From the NCBI GenBank assembly GCA_965223705.1, contig OZ245015.1, forward strand, positions 1,312,001-1,376,000: 64,000 nucleotides of DNA, in the 5' to 3' direction. The notes under the pieces were generated by a model, which was not told where the DNA came from, searched no databases, and saw nothing but the letters and a program-made list of their open reading frames with translations. Position 1 is the stretch's first letter, and every line of letters begins with the position of its first letter. A program made the translations under genes and the position numbers. This DNA comes from Myxococcota bacterium (GTDB lineage: Bacteria > Myxococcota_A > UBA9160 > UBA6930). Of the stretch, positions 26,132-35,656 are shown piece by piece.

Positions 26132-28245
26132 GAGTCCTTGTCCGCTTCTCCCGACAGGTCAACAGCGTTGCGATCAAAGAGGTCCGATACGTCCGCGTCG
26201 TCGTTTCCGGACATGGTTTGGGCGTTGGGATCCTCTTCGACGCCTTGTTGCTGCACGTCGAGTTCAATTTCGATTCCCTGAGGCTGCACGTCGCGCACGT
26301 CGCGTTCGACTTCGATTCCCTGAGGCTGCACGTCGAGCGCGATCTCACTCGCGGTGGTTCCGTTCTCGTCGACCGGGACGTCGCGCATCGCCGCATCGAC
26401 ATCGATCAGGTCTTCGTCCGGGAGGTCGTACTCGAGATCGTCGGCAGCGCCGAGCTCCTGGGCCGTCGGCGGATCGTCGTCGATCTCGGCCCCGCCGGTC
26501 GGCGGCTCGTCGTCGTAATCGGATTCGCCGGTGGGCGGCTCGTCGTCGATCTCGAGCTCGTCTTCACCATATTCGATCGACTCGATGCGACCGGGCGACG
26601 CGGGATCGTCGAGCATCGGAAGAGCTGACAACGCGAGATCGTACTCGCTCGGTTTCAGCAACTCCTCGTCGACTTCGAGATCGTCCGTTCGCCCGCGCTC
26701 GATGATCGTTTGGATCTCCTCCTCGCTGAGTCCGGAGGAAAGTGTGATCTGCGTCGATGCTTGCTGGCCGCTCTCCGGCTCGCGAGCCGTCACGTTGACG
26801 ATTCCGTCGCCATTGATTTCGAAGGTGACCTCGATGTTCGTCTCGCCGCGGCGCCGACGCTCGAACCCACTGAACTCGAATTGACCGAGCAACTCGTTTT
26901 CCTCGGCGCGTCGCGACTCGCCTTGGTAGACCGAGATCTTCACCGCCTCCTGGAAGTCCTGCACGGTCGTAAAGCTCCGACTCTGCTCGATTGGTACCGG
27001 CGTGTTGCGTTCGATGACGGTTTCGGCGAGTCCGCCGGCGACGCCGATGCGCAGGGATAGCGGGGTGACGTCGAGCAGGTAGGCGTCTTGGGGTTGCGAA
27101 GACGCCAGCGATTGCGCGTGGATCGCGGCGCCCATGGCCACCACCTGGTCCGGATCGACACCCGCCTTCGGTTTTTGCTGAAAGTACTCACCAACCGCCT
27201 TTTGGATCACCGGAAGCCTCGTCGGGCCCCCGACGAGAATGACGCCGTCGAGATCGCGAGCGATCAGGCCCGCGCGCTGGAGCGCTTCGTCGCAGACCTT
27301 GAAGGTGCGCTGGATCAGGTCCATGACGAGTGACGTGAACTCCGATTGGCTCAGCGTGCGCTGGATGGACAGCGCGTCGCCGTTCGGCCCCTGTACGATT
27401 TCGGGGATATTGATCTCCACCGTGTCGTCGACGGACAAGCCGCGCTTCGCGTTCTCGGCCGCGAGCTTCAGCTTCTCGAGGGCGAACGCGTCATCGCGCA
27501 GGTCGATATTCTCTTTCGCGAGGAACTCGTCGGCCAGGAGCGCCAGAATGCGATCGTCGAAGTCGTCGCCGCCGAGATACGTGTCGCCAAAGGTCGCGAG
27601 CACCTCGAACACGTCGGTGCCGATCTCGAGGATCGAAATATCGAAGGTTCCGCCGCCCAAGTCGTAGACGGCGACGCGCTGGTTCAGCCCGCGACCAAAC
27701 CCGAAAGCGAGGGCTGCCGCGGTCGGCTCGTTCAGGAGGCGAAGCACTTCGAGGCCGGCAATGCGTCCCGCATCCTTCGTCGCTTGGCGCTGGTTGTCGT
27801 TGAAGTATGCCGGGACGGTGATCACGGCTTTCTCGACGGGTCGCCCGAGCCGCGCTTCGGCAACGGTCTTCATCTCGCGCAGGACCATCGCCGAGATTTC
27901 GGGGATCGAGAAGACCTCGTCGCGGATGCCGATCCGAACGCCGTAGTTCTCGGCCTCGATGATCTTGTAGGCGCACCGTTCTTGCGCCTTCTTTACTTCG
28001 GCGGAAAACGAGTAGCGTCCGATCAAACGCTTCGCCGAGGCTACGGTGTTGTGCGGGTCGTGGATCAAGTTGGCCTTGGCCGCATTGCCCACGACGAAGG
28101 AACCGTTGTCGCGGAACGCGACGACGCTCGCGGTGATGGCCTCTCCATAGGAGTTGCGGAGCACCTCGACTTTGCGTCCGTCCGAGATCGCGACGCACGA
28201 GTTGCTCGTGCCGAGGTCGATGCCGATTGCCACTTCGTCGCTCAT
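26128..28245 (-). CDS. Hsp70/DnaK paralog with long acidic repetitive C-terminal tail
   Basis: IGIDLGTSNS, TVPAYFND, NEPTAAA, DLGGGTFD, LLDVTPLSL; D/E-rich tail after GLSEEEIQTII. Confidence 0.92.
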   Translation of the reverse strand: MSDEVAIGIDLGTSNSCVAISDGRKVEVLRNSYGEAITASVVAFRDNGSFVVGNAAKANLIHDPHNTVASAKRLIGRYSFSAEVKKAQERCAYKIIEAENYGVRIGIRDEVFSIPEISAMVLREMKTVAEARLGRPVEKAVITVPAYFNDNQRQATKDAGRIAGLEVLRLLNEPTAAALAFGFGRGLNQRVAVYDLGGGTFDISILEIGTDVFEVLATFGDTYLGGDDFDDRILALLADEFLAKENIDLRDDAFALEKLKLAAENAKRGLSVDDTVEINIPEIVQGPNGDALSIQRTLSQSEFTSLVMDLIQRTFKVCDEALQRAGLIARDLDGVILVGGPTRLPVIQKAVGEYFQQKPKAGVDPDQVVAMGAAIHAQSLASSQPQDAYLLDVTPLSLRIGVAGGLAETVIERNTPVPIEQSRSFTTVQDFQEAVKISVYQGESRRAEENELLGQFEFSGFERRRRGETNIEVTFEINGDGIVNVTAREPESGQQASTQITLSSGLSEEEIQTIIERGRTDDLEVDEELLKPSEYDLALSALPMLDDPASPGRIESIEYGEDELEIDDEPPTGESDYDDEPPTGGAEIDDDPPTAQELGAADDLEYDLPDEDLIDVDAAMRDVPVDENGTTASEIALDVQPQGIEVERDVRDVQPQGIEIELDVQQQGVEEDPNAQTMSGNDDADVSDLFDRNAVDLSGEADKDS

Positions 28246-28470
28246 TTCGCCTCCACGGCTGCGCTTGTCCGCCGTCGATGCGGCGGACCCCTAAGGCCCA
28301 GCTTCCTTGCGGGCTACCGGGACCAACCCCGGCGCTTATTCATCGGACGGTTGGGCGGGCCCCTGTAACGAAGAGAGGGTTGCGACCGAGACGACGGGTT
28401 GGGTCTTTTTCGGCCCGCCGCATGGATCGCCTCCGAGAACGGTGCTAGTTACGGGCCCGAGGGGGGAGCG

Positions 28471-29214
<744 letters not shown>

Positions 29215-29221
29215 GAGCGCG

Positions 29222-29770
29222 ATGCGCATTCTCGGAATCGATCCCGGATCGCGGGCGACGGGGTTCGGGGTGATCGAAGGCACGCCCGGGGCGCTGACTC
29301 ACCTGGGCCACGGGACCCTGAAGCCCGCGCGATCGGACGAAGTCGCGTCGCGCCTCGCGACCATTCACAACAACTTGTGCGACGTCATCGACGCCTATCG
29401 TCCCGACATGGCCGTGATCGAGCGCACCTTCGTCGCCGCGAGTCCGCGCTCGGCGCTGGTGCTCGGCGAGGCGCGCGGCGCCGCGATGGTCGCCGTCGGT
29501 GCGCGCGGGCTCTCGGTGGTCTCGTACGCGGCGCGGGAGATCAAGCAAGCGGTGACCGGCTTCGGCGGCGCGGCGAAGGGCGAAGTGCAAGAGATGGTGC
29601 GCCGGCTGCTCAGCCTCGACGCCGCTCCGGCCTCGGACGCGGCGGACGCACTTGCGGCCGCCATCTGTCACGCCCAGCGTCGCAGCGTCCCCGAGGCTCT
29701 CCGCGGAGCGCGAACGGCGCGCCGCCGGGGCCGTCGCGGAGCGCGCTTCGTCGTCCGAGGCACGTCGTGA
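29222..29770 (+). CDS. ruvC: Holliday junction resolvase
   Basis: MRILGIDPG, LGEARG, IKQAVTG, DAADALAAAICH. Confidence 0.95.
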   Translation: MRILGIDPGSRATGFGVIEGTPGALTHLGHGTLKPARSDEVASRLATIHNNLCDVIDAYRPDMAVIERTFVAASPRSALVLGEARGAAMVAVGARGLSVVSYAAREIKQAVTGFGGAAKGEVQEMVRRLLSLDAAPASDAADALAAAICHAQRRSVPEALRGARTARRRGRRGARFVVRGTS

Positions 29771-30378
29771 TCGCGCGCCTCGAGGGCACGCTCATCGAGA
29801 AGCGACCGACCGAGGTCGTCCTCGATGTGGCAGGCGTCGGCTATGCCGTCTTGGTGCCGTTGTCGACGTTTGCCGAACTCCCGGATGAGGGAAAGCAGGT
29901 CGCTCTGCGGATCCACACCCAAGTGCGGGACGACACCCTCTGCCTGTACGGCTTTGCGTCGGTCTGGGAATACGATGCTTTCCATTTGTTGCGGCAGGCG
30001 AACCGGGTCGGGCCCAAGCTCGCGCAGACGATTCTCTCGGGAATCGACGCGCGCGCGCTCCTCGCCGCACTGGCTTCCGGCGACAAGGCGGCACTCGCGA
30101 AAGTCCCGGGTATCGGCGCGAAAACGGCGAGTCGGCTGGCGCTCGAGCTCGGAGAGAAGGCCTCGGCCATCCTCGGTGCGGGCCATGAGCCAGGCGCGCC
30201 CGAGGCCGCGCCGGAACGTCTCACCGACGCGGAAGAACAGCTCCTCTCGGCGCTTTCGAACTTGCAGGTTCCGAAGAGTCAGGCGGAGAAAGTCGTGGCG
30301 GAAGTCACGCGCGAGTGCGGCGCCGACGCTTCGATTGAAACCCTCGTGCGCAGCGCCCTGCCGAGACTCGCACGATGA
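29767..30378 (+). CDS. ruvA: Holliday junction DNA-binding subunit
   Basis: MIARLEGTL, DVAGVGY, LYGF, VGPKLA, VPGIGAKTA. Confidence 0.95.
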   Translation: MIARLEGTLIEKRPTEVVLDVAGVGYAVLVPLSTFAELPDEGKQVALRIHTQVRDDTLCLYGFASVWEYDAFHLLRQANRVGPKLAQTILSGIDARALLAALASGDKAALAKVPGIGAKTASRLALELGEKASAILGAGHEPGAPEAAPERLTDAEEQLLSALSNLQVPKSQAEKVVAEVTRECGADASIETLVRSALPRLAR

Positions 30379-30447
30379 CCGTCCCCTGCCGGCCGAGACT
30401 CGCACGATGACCGTCCCCCGCCGGCCGAGACTCGCACGATGACGGTC
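30360..30447 (+). repeat. 32-bp tandem repeat (about 2.75 copies) spanning the ruvA stop/ruvB start; encodes two 11-codon mini-ORFs
   Basis: GCCGAGACTCGCACGATGACCGTCCCCYGCCG at 30360, 30392 and partial at 30424; ATGA at 30375, 30407, 30439. Confidence 0.95.
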
Positions 30448-31473
30448 TCGACCCCCAGCGCGTTGGCCGCGGGCGTCGACGACGCGGAGGTCCAATTCGA
30501 GGAGCAGCTCCGCCCGCAGTACCTGACCGAGATGGTGGGGCAGGATCGGCTTCGCGAGAACTTGGCCGTGTTTGTGGCGGCGGCGCGAGAGCGCCGGGAA
30601 GCACTCGATCACTTGTTGTTCTACGGACCGCCCGGCCTTGGGAAGACGTCCCTCGCGCGGATCGTCGCGAACGAGCTCGGCACGCGCTTTCGCGCGACGA
30701 GTGGTCCCGTCCTGGAACGTTCCGCGGATCTCGCCGGTCTACTCGGCACGATCGAAGAGCACGACGTGCTGTTCATCGACGAGATCCATCGACTCCCGGC
30801 GGTAGTCGAGGAAGTGCTCTACCCGGCGATGGAGGACTTCCGTCTCGATGTCTTGATCGGCCAGGGGCCGGCCGCGCAATCGGTGCGCATCGACATCCCG
30901 CGCTTCACACTCGTCGGCGCCACCACGCGCGCGGGTCTCCTGACGGCACCGATGCGCGATCGCTTTGGGTGGTCGGCCAGGCTCGAGTACTACGCACCGC
31001 ACGAACTCGAGGGGATCCTCACGCGCTCGGCGCGGGTCTTGGGCGTGACGCTCGCCGATGAAGCCGCCGCCGAGATCGCGCGCCGTTCGCGCGGGACGCC
31101 TCGGATCGCGAATCGCCTGCTGCGGCGCCTCCGCGATTTCGCGCTGGTCGAGCAGGGCCCGGGCGCCCCGATCGAACCCGCCCTCGCGCGTTCGGCGCTC
31201 TCACGCCTCGACGTCGACGAAGCGGGCTTCAACACCCTCGATCGGGTGCTGCTCCGCACTCTGCTGGAGAAGTTCGACGGAGGCCCCACGGGGATCGAGA
31301 CCCTCGCCGCCGCAATCGGTGAAGATCGCGGGACGCTCGAGGATCTCGTCGAGCCGTTTCTGATCCAAACGGGTTTCCTCGAGCGCACGCCCCGTGGCCG
31401 AAGAGCCACACCCCGGGCCCGAGAGCACTTCGGCACGGGAGCGGACGCACCGGAGCAGGGCACGCTTCTATAG
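30439..31473 (+). CDS. ruvB: Holliday junction branch migration helicase
   Basis: [43 protein letters not shown]. Confidence 0.97.
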   Translation: MTVSTPSALAAGVDDAEVQFEEQLRPQYLTEMVGQDRLRENLAVFVAAARERREALDHLLFYGPPGLGKTSLARIVANELGTRFRATSGPVLERSADLAGLLGTIEEHDVLFIDEIHRLPAVVEEVLYPAMEDFRLDVLIGQGPAAQSVRIDIPRFTLVGATTRAGLLTAPMRDRFGWSARLEYYAPHELEGILTRSARVLGVTLADEAAAEIARRSRGTPRIANRLLRRLRDFALVEQGPGAPIEPALARSALSRLDVDEAGFNTLDRVLLRTLLEKFDGGPTGIETLAAAIGEDRGTLEDLVEPFLIQTGFLERTPRGRRATPRAREHFGTGADAPEQGTLL

Positions 31474-31533
31474 GCCAAAGCCGGCACGCTCTTTCTCAAC
31501 GAGAAGAGCGTAGTTGCCGATACGCCCTCCGGG

Positions 31534-34017
31534 ATGATTGTCCGGCTCTTCGCATTCATCGTGGCACTTCCTTGCTTGGCGATCGGGATCGTCGGCGGAG
31601 CGGCACGCTTTCTACCCGATCACCCGCTCGCCAAACAAGCGGGCGGGATTCTCGGACGGCTCGCGAAAGAAGCTTCGCTTTCCGCCGACGGCTCTCTCGC
31701 TGCGGTCCCCGAATTCGCGACATGGGGCGCTCTCGGCCTGGGCGTGATCGCGCTCGTCATCGCGTTCAGGCCTCGTGCGGCGGCCCCGGAGCAGGTCTCC
31801 GAGGACGCCGACACAGCGCCTGTCGACCGCAAGACGGCCAAGCGAATCGCGAAGCAGGCGGCCGCGATTGCGAAGAAAGGGCAGGTCGAAGAAGCCGCGA
31901 CGCTGTGCTTCCAATCGGGCTTTCACGACCTCGCTGCGGATTATTTCGAACAGGCCGAGAAGTTCGCCCGCGCGGCTGAAATCCGACACGATCAGAACCG
32001 CTTCATCGACGCCGCCGAGCTCTACGTGCGCGCCGGTGACCACGAAACCGCAGCGACCGTATTCGCACAACAGGACGAGTCGCTTCGCGCGGCCGAGTGT
32101 TTCCTCGAAGCCGGGCGGATGAGCGTCGCCGGCGAGATGTTCGAGAAGGCCGGCCGCTACTACGACGCCGCCAAGTGCTACGAAGACTGTGACTTCCAGC
32201 GCCACGCCGCCCAGATGTTCATCAAGGCCAAGGAATGGGCGCGCGCGGCGGTTTGTCTCGAACAGGTGATCCGCGAAGAGAGTGCCGGCAACACCTTCCA
32301 CGCCGGCGCCGACAACGATCTCGACAAACTCGTTCTCCACGCCGCGAAGCTCTATGAGCAAGGGGGCGATCTTACCGCCGCGCTCGGTGTCCTCGAGCTC
32401 GGGGGCGCGCACGAAGCCGCCGGTGAGGTCGCGATGCGGCTCGAGCGATTCGAAGAAGCAGCGACGTTCTTTCGCCAAGCCGGCAAGGCCGACCGCGCCG
32501 CGGATGCCTTGCGCGGACTCGGCGACGAAGCGAGCGCGCACCGGATCGTCGCGGAGTCCTTGCGCGACCGGGGCGACGACGAAGCGGCCGCCCGGGCGTT
32601 CGCAGATGCCGGCGAGCACACCGCCGCCGGCGATCTGTACCGCAAGCTCGAACGCTTCCCCGAAGCGGGCGAATCCTACGAGCGCGACGGAGAGTACGAG
32701 CAGGCCGCGGAGATGTTTCGCGTCGCCGAGGACCTGACCCGCTCCGCGCAAAACTTCGAGAAGGCCGGGCGCTATGCGGAAGCCGCGCAGTGCTGGGAGG
32801 AGCTCGGGAGCCGCGACAAGCAGGCCGAACTCATGGCGCGGGTCGGGCGCTACATCGAAGCTGCAGACCTCTTCATCGAGATCAACGCGGAAGACGCCGC
32901 GATCCAGACGCTGCAGCAAGTCGAGCGCGAGAGCCCGAACTACGGGGCCGCGGCAGCTCGGCTCGGCGAGATCTTTCAGCGGCGGGGCGAAGTCGGGCTC
33001 GCGACGACAAAGCTCGAGGAGGCCGTGCAAGGTCGCGCCCTGGATCGCGAAAGCGTCGATGCGTTCTACCGCCTCGCCGTCTTGCACGACGAGTCCGGCG
33101 ACCGAGACGAGGCGCGAAAGCTCTACGAGAAGATTCTCGCGTTCGACTATGCCTTTGCCGATGTCGAGAGCCGCCTCACCTCGCTGTCGGCGGTCACGAA
33201 TTCACCGGTCGCTTCGGGAGACGCGACCGAGCGCTACCGGATCGAAGGCGAACTCGGCCGAGGTGGCATGGGTATCGTCTACCGGGCCGTCGATACGGTT
33301 CTGAATCGCACCGTCGCGTTCAAGGTCCTGCCCGACGCTCTGCGCGAGAACCCGCAGGCGGTTTCGAACTTCCTCCGCGAAGCTCAAAACGCTGCGAAGC
33401 TCAACCACCCGAACATTGTCACGGTCTACGACGCCGGCGAGCAGGGCGGTCACTTCTACATCGCCATGGAGTACGTCGCAGGCACGACGTTGCGCGAAAT
33501 CTTGCGCCGTCGGGGGGCGATTTCGCCGGACGGCGTGCTGCATCTGTTGCTGCAGCTCTGCCAGGCACTGGCCTTTGCGCACGACGCGAAAGTGGTGCAC
33601 CGGGACATCAAGACGGCGAACATCATGTGGACCCGCGAGAAGACCGCCAAGATCATGGATTTCGGTCTCGCCCGGGTTGTCGACGCCGTCCGCAATCACA
33701 CGACGGCGATCACCGGGACGCCTTATTACATGAGCCCCGAGCAGACCCTGGGCTCGAACATCGACCACCGGACGGACATCTATTCCCTCGGCGTCACCCT
33801 TTTTGAGCTGGTGACCGGTCAGCTCCCGTTCACCGAAGGCAACGTCCCCTATCACCATGTCCACACCCCGGCGCCCACGCCGCGTTCGATCAAGCCCGAC
33901 ACGCCCGAAGTCCTCGAAAGCATCATCGTCCGCTGCATGCAGAAAGCGCCCGACGATCGCTACGCCCACGTTCGCGAGATCGTCGCCGAAATCCGCGACG
34001 CTGTTCGACCTGGATAG
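31534..34017 (+). CDS. Membrane-anchored TPR-repeat Ser/Thr protein kinase (Hanks type)
   Basis: Two N-terminal hydrophobic segments, helical repeats, GRGGMGIVY, VAFKVL, HRDIKTAN, DFG, GTPYYMSPEQ. Confidence 0.93.
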   Translation: MIVRLFAFIVALPCLAIGIVGGAARFLPDHPLAKQAGGILGRLAKEASLSADGSLAAVPEFATWGALGLGVIALVIAFRPRAAAPEQVSEDADTAPVDRKTAKRIAKQAAAIAKKGQVEEAATLCFQSGFHDLAADYFEQAEKFARAAEIRHDQNRFIDAAELYVRAGDHETAATVFAQQDESLRAAECFLEAGRMSVAGEMFEKAGRYYDAAKCYEDCDFQRHAAQMFIKAKEWARAAVCLEQVIREESAGNTFHAGADNDLDKLVLHAAKLYEQGGDLTAALGVLELGGAHEAAGEVAMRLERFEEAATFFRQAGKADRAADALRGLGDEASAHRIVAESLRDRGDDEAAARAFADAGEHTAAGDLYRKLERFPEAGESYERDGEYEQAAEMFRVAEDLTRSAQNFEKAGRYAEAAQCWEELGSRDKQAELMARVGRYIEAADLFIEINAEDAAIQTLQQVERESPNYGAAAARLGEIFQRRGEVGLATTKLEEAVQGRALDRESVDAFYRLAVLHDESGDRDEARKLYEKILAFDYAFADVESRLTSLSAVTNSPVASGDATERYRIEGELGRGGMGIVYRAVDTVLNRTVAFKVLPDALRENPQAVSNFLREAQNAAKLNHPNIVTVYDAGEQGGHFYIAMEYVAGTTLREILRRRGAISPDGVLHLLLQLCQALAFAHDAKVVHRDIKTANIMWTREKTAKIMDFGLARVVDAVRNHTTAITGTPYYMSPEQTLGSNIDHRTDIYSLGVTLFELVTGQLPFTEGNVPYHHVHTPAPTPRSIKPDTPEVLESIIVRCMQKAPDDRYAHVREIVAEIRDAVRPG

Positions 34018-34244
34018 CGGAGCCTCCGCGCCCCTTGGGGGCGTCGTCGAGGCGGTGAAAACGACGCAGCAGACCGCTCGAGCCGTGACGCTGACATCAC
34101 AGCTGTAACATGATTGTCACGATGATTCGGAGTGCCCGAGGGGCACGGGCAGCTGGCTGGAATTTTTTGTGAGCTGGGTCACTCTAATGGCCCGAAAGCA
34201 CAGCCTTTTTTTCTTTCTCTTTTTCACGCAACTCCAGACGCGCT

Positions 34245-34260
34245 TGGCACGTGTGTTGCT
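34245..34260 (+). promoter_or_regulatory. sigma54 (-24/-12) promoter upstream of lpxC
   Basis: TGGCAC-GTGTG-TTGCT matches the TGGCAC-N5-TTGCW consensus, about 113 nt before the lpxC start. Confidence 0.78.
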
Positions 34261-34373
34261 ACCTCAGTGCCTCCGACCCCCCCGGTCGTCCGGCGTTCGG
34301 CGAGTGAAATCGCAGGCCCCAGACGATTGTTGCAGCCAGGGCCCACGGGCCCGCAGCCAGGAGCGCTCATCCA

Positions 34374-35282
34374 GTGAAGCAGCGGACCATTGCTGAAAAG
34401 ATCTCGTGCACCGGGATCGGACTGCATAGTGGGGAACCGGTTCAGCTAACGCTCGAACCCGCCCGGGAACACGCGGGGATCACCCTGGTGCGTTCGGATC
34501 TGGCGCACCCCGTCGAAATCGCGGCGCGGCCGGAGAACGTGACCAGTACGCGCTTGGCGACCACGATCGGGCGGGGCGACGCGACGATCGGCACGGTCGA
34601 GCATCTGCTGGCGGCGCTGTATGCCCTGGCAATCGACAACGTCCGGGTCATCGTCGACGGACCCGAGATCCCGGTGATGGACGGCAGCTCGGCGTCCTTT
34701 GTCTTCTTGATCCGCAGCGCAGGTGTGTTCGAACAGCGCGCCGAGCGCCCGCGGCTGCGCGTTCTCCGCGCCCTGTCGGTCGAAGACGGCGATCGGGTCA
34801 TCCGCCTCACACCCGGTCGCGGACTGCGCGTGCACTATGCCGTCGACTACAGCCACCCGATGATCGGCAAGCAGAGCATCCGCAACTTCGAAGTCACCCC
34901 GGAGCGCTTCGAGCGCGAGATCTGCCGCGCGAGGACGTTCGGATTCCTCCACGAGGTGGAAGCGCTTTGGCGGCTGGGCCTGGCCCGCGGCGGAAATCTC
35001 GACAATACGGTCGTTCTTGACAAAGAGCGGGTGCTCAACCGGGACGGCATTCGTTGGCCGGACGAATTCGTCCGGCACAAAGTGCTCGATCTCATCGGCG
35101 ATCTGTCGCTGTTGGGCGTCGGTCTCGAAGCCGAGGTCGAAGCCCGGCGAGCCGGGCACGCGCTCCATCAAGCGATGCTGCGAAAGCTGCTCGAGACACC
35201 GGATGCCTGGGAGCTCGTGGGCGACACGAAAGCCGATTTCCCGAGCGCGGCGGTCGTCGAAGCGCTACGCGCCTCCGCATAG
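34374..35282 (+). CDS. lpxC: UDP-3-O-acyl-N-acetylglucosamine deacetylase
   Basis: KQRTI, GIGLHSG, TVEHLLAAL, EIPVMDGSS, ARTFGF, HKVLDLIGD, GHALH. Confidence 0.97.
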   Translation: MKQRTIAEKISCTGIGLHSGEPVQLTLEPAREHAGITLVRSDLAHPVEIAARPENVTSTRLATTIGRGDATIGTVEHLLAALYALAIDNVRVIVDGPEIPVMDGSSASFVFLIRSAGVFEQRAERPRLRVLRALSVEDGDRVIRLTPGRGLRVHYAVDYSHPMIGKQSIRNFEVTPERFEREICRARTFGFLHEVEALWRLGLARGGNLDNTVVLDKERVLNRDGIRWPDEFVRHKVLDLIGDLSLLGVGLEAEVEARRAGHALHQAMLRKLLETPDAWELVGDTKADFPSAAVVEALRASA

Positions 35283-35302
35283 TCCGTCGCAACAAGGAAT
35301 CG

Positions 35303-35656
35303 CTAGTAGCCGGGATCCATCGATTCGAGGGCGCGCGCCAGTGAGGCGGCCGTCGCGTGATCGGTGAATTCAATGGCCATTCCCGGCGCACGAGTGCCCG
35401 ACGGGTCGAGCTTGGGCTGGTGAAGCCAAGCGACACGCCCCGGGATGACGAAGACCGTCTCGTCACCGGGTAGTCGGAAGCGCACTGTGAGCTCGGTGCC
35501 CGCCTGCCAGGGCTCTCCACATTCGATGAACAGGCCACCGGCACCCAAGGTGGTCGCGTAATCCGAGCCGATGCCGCGGTCGCACCAGTAATCGACGAGC
35601 AGGCGGACCGTACAGCGCTTGAAGCGTCGCCGAATCGGTTTCTTCGCTTCTGTCAT
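35303..35656 (-). CDS. Stand-alone PilZ domain protein
   Basis: ATG 35656 overlapping the TPR gene TGA; RRRFKR, TLGAGGLFI, GRVAW, PGMAIEF. Confidence 0.82.
   Translation of the reverse strand: MTEAKKPIRRRFKRCTVRLLVDYWCDRGIGSDYATTLGAGGLFIECGEPWQAGTELTVRFRLPGDETVFVIPGRVAWLHQPKLDPSGTRAPGMAIEFTDHATAASLARALESMDPGY

Noticed and set aside
26128..28245. Assigning the symbol dnaK (housekeeping)
   Set aside because: No grpE/hrcA/canonical dnaJ context and no helical lid; treated as a paralog
30360..30447. 32-bp repeats as CRISPR or an att site
   Set aside because: No spacers and no integrase; the repeat is a duplication of the ruvA/ruvB junction
31481..31497. sigma54-like CGGCAC-GCTCT-TTCT upstream of the kinase
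   Set aside because: The -12 element lacks the conserved GC; too weak to call
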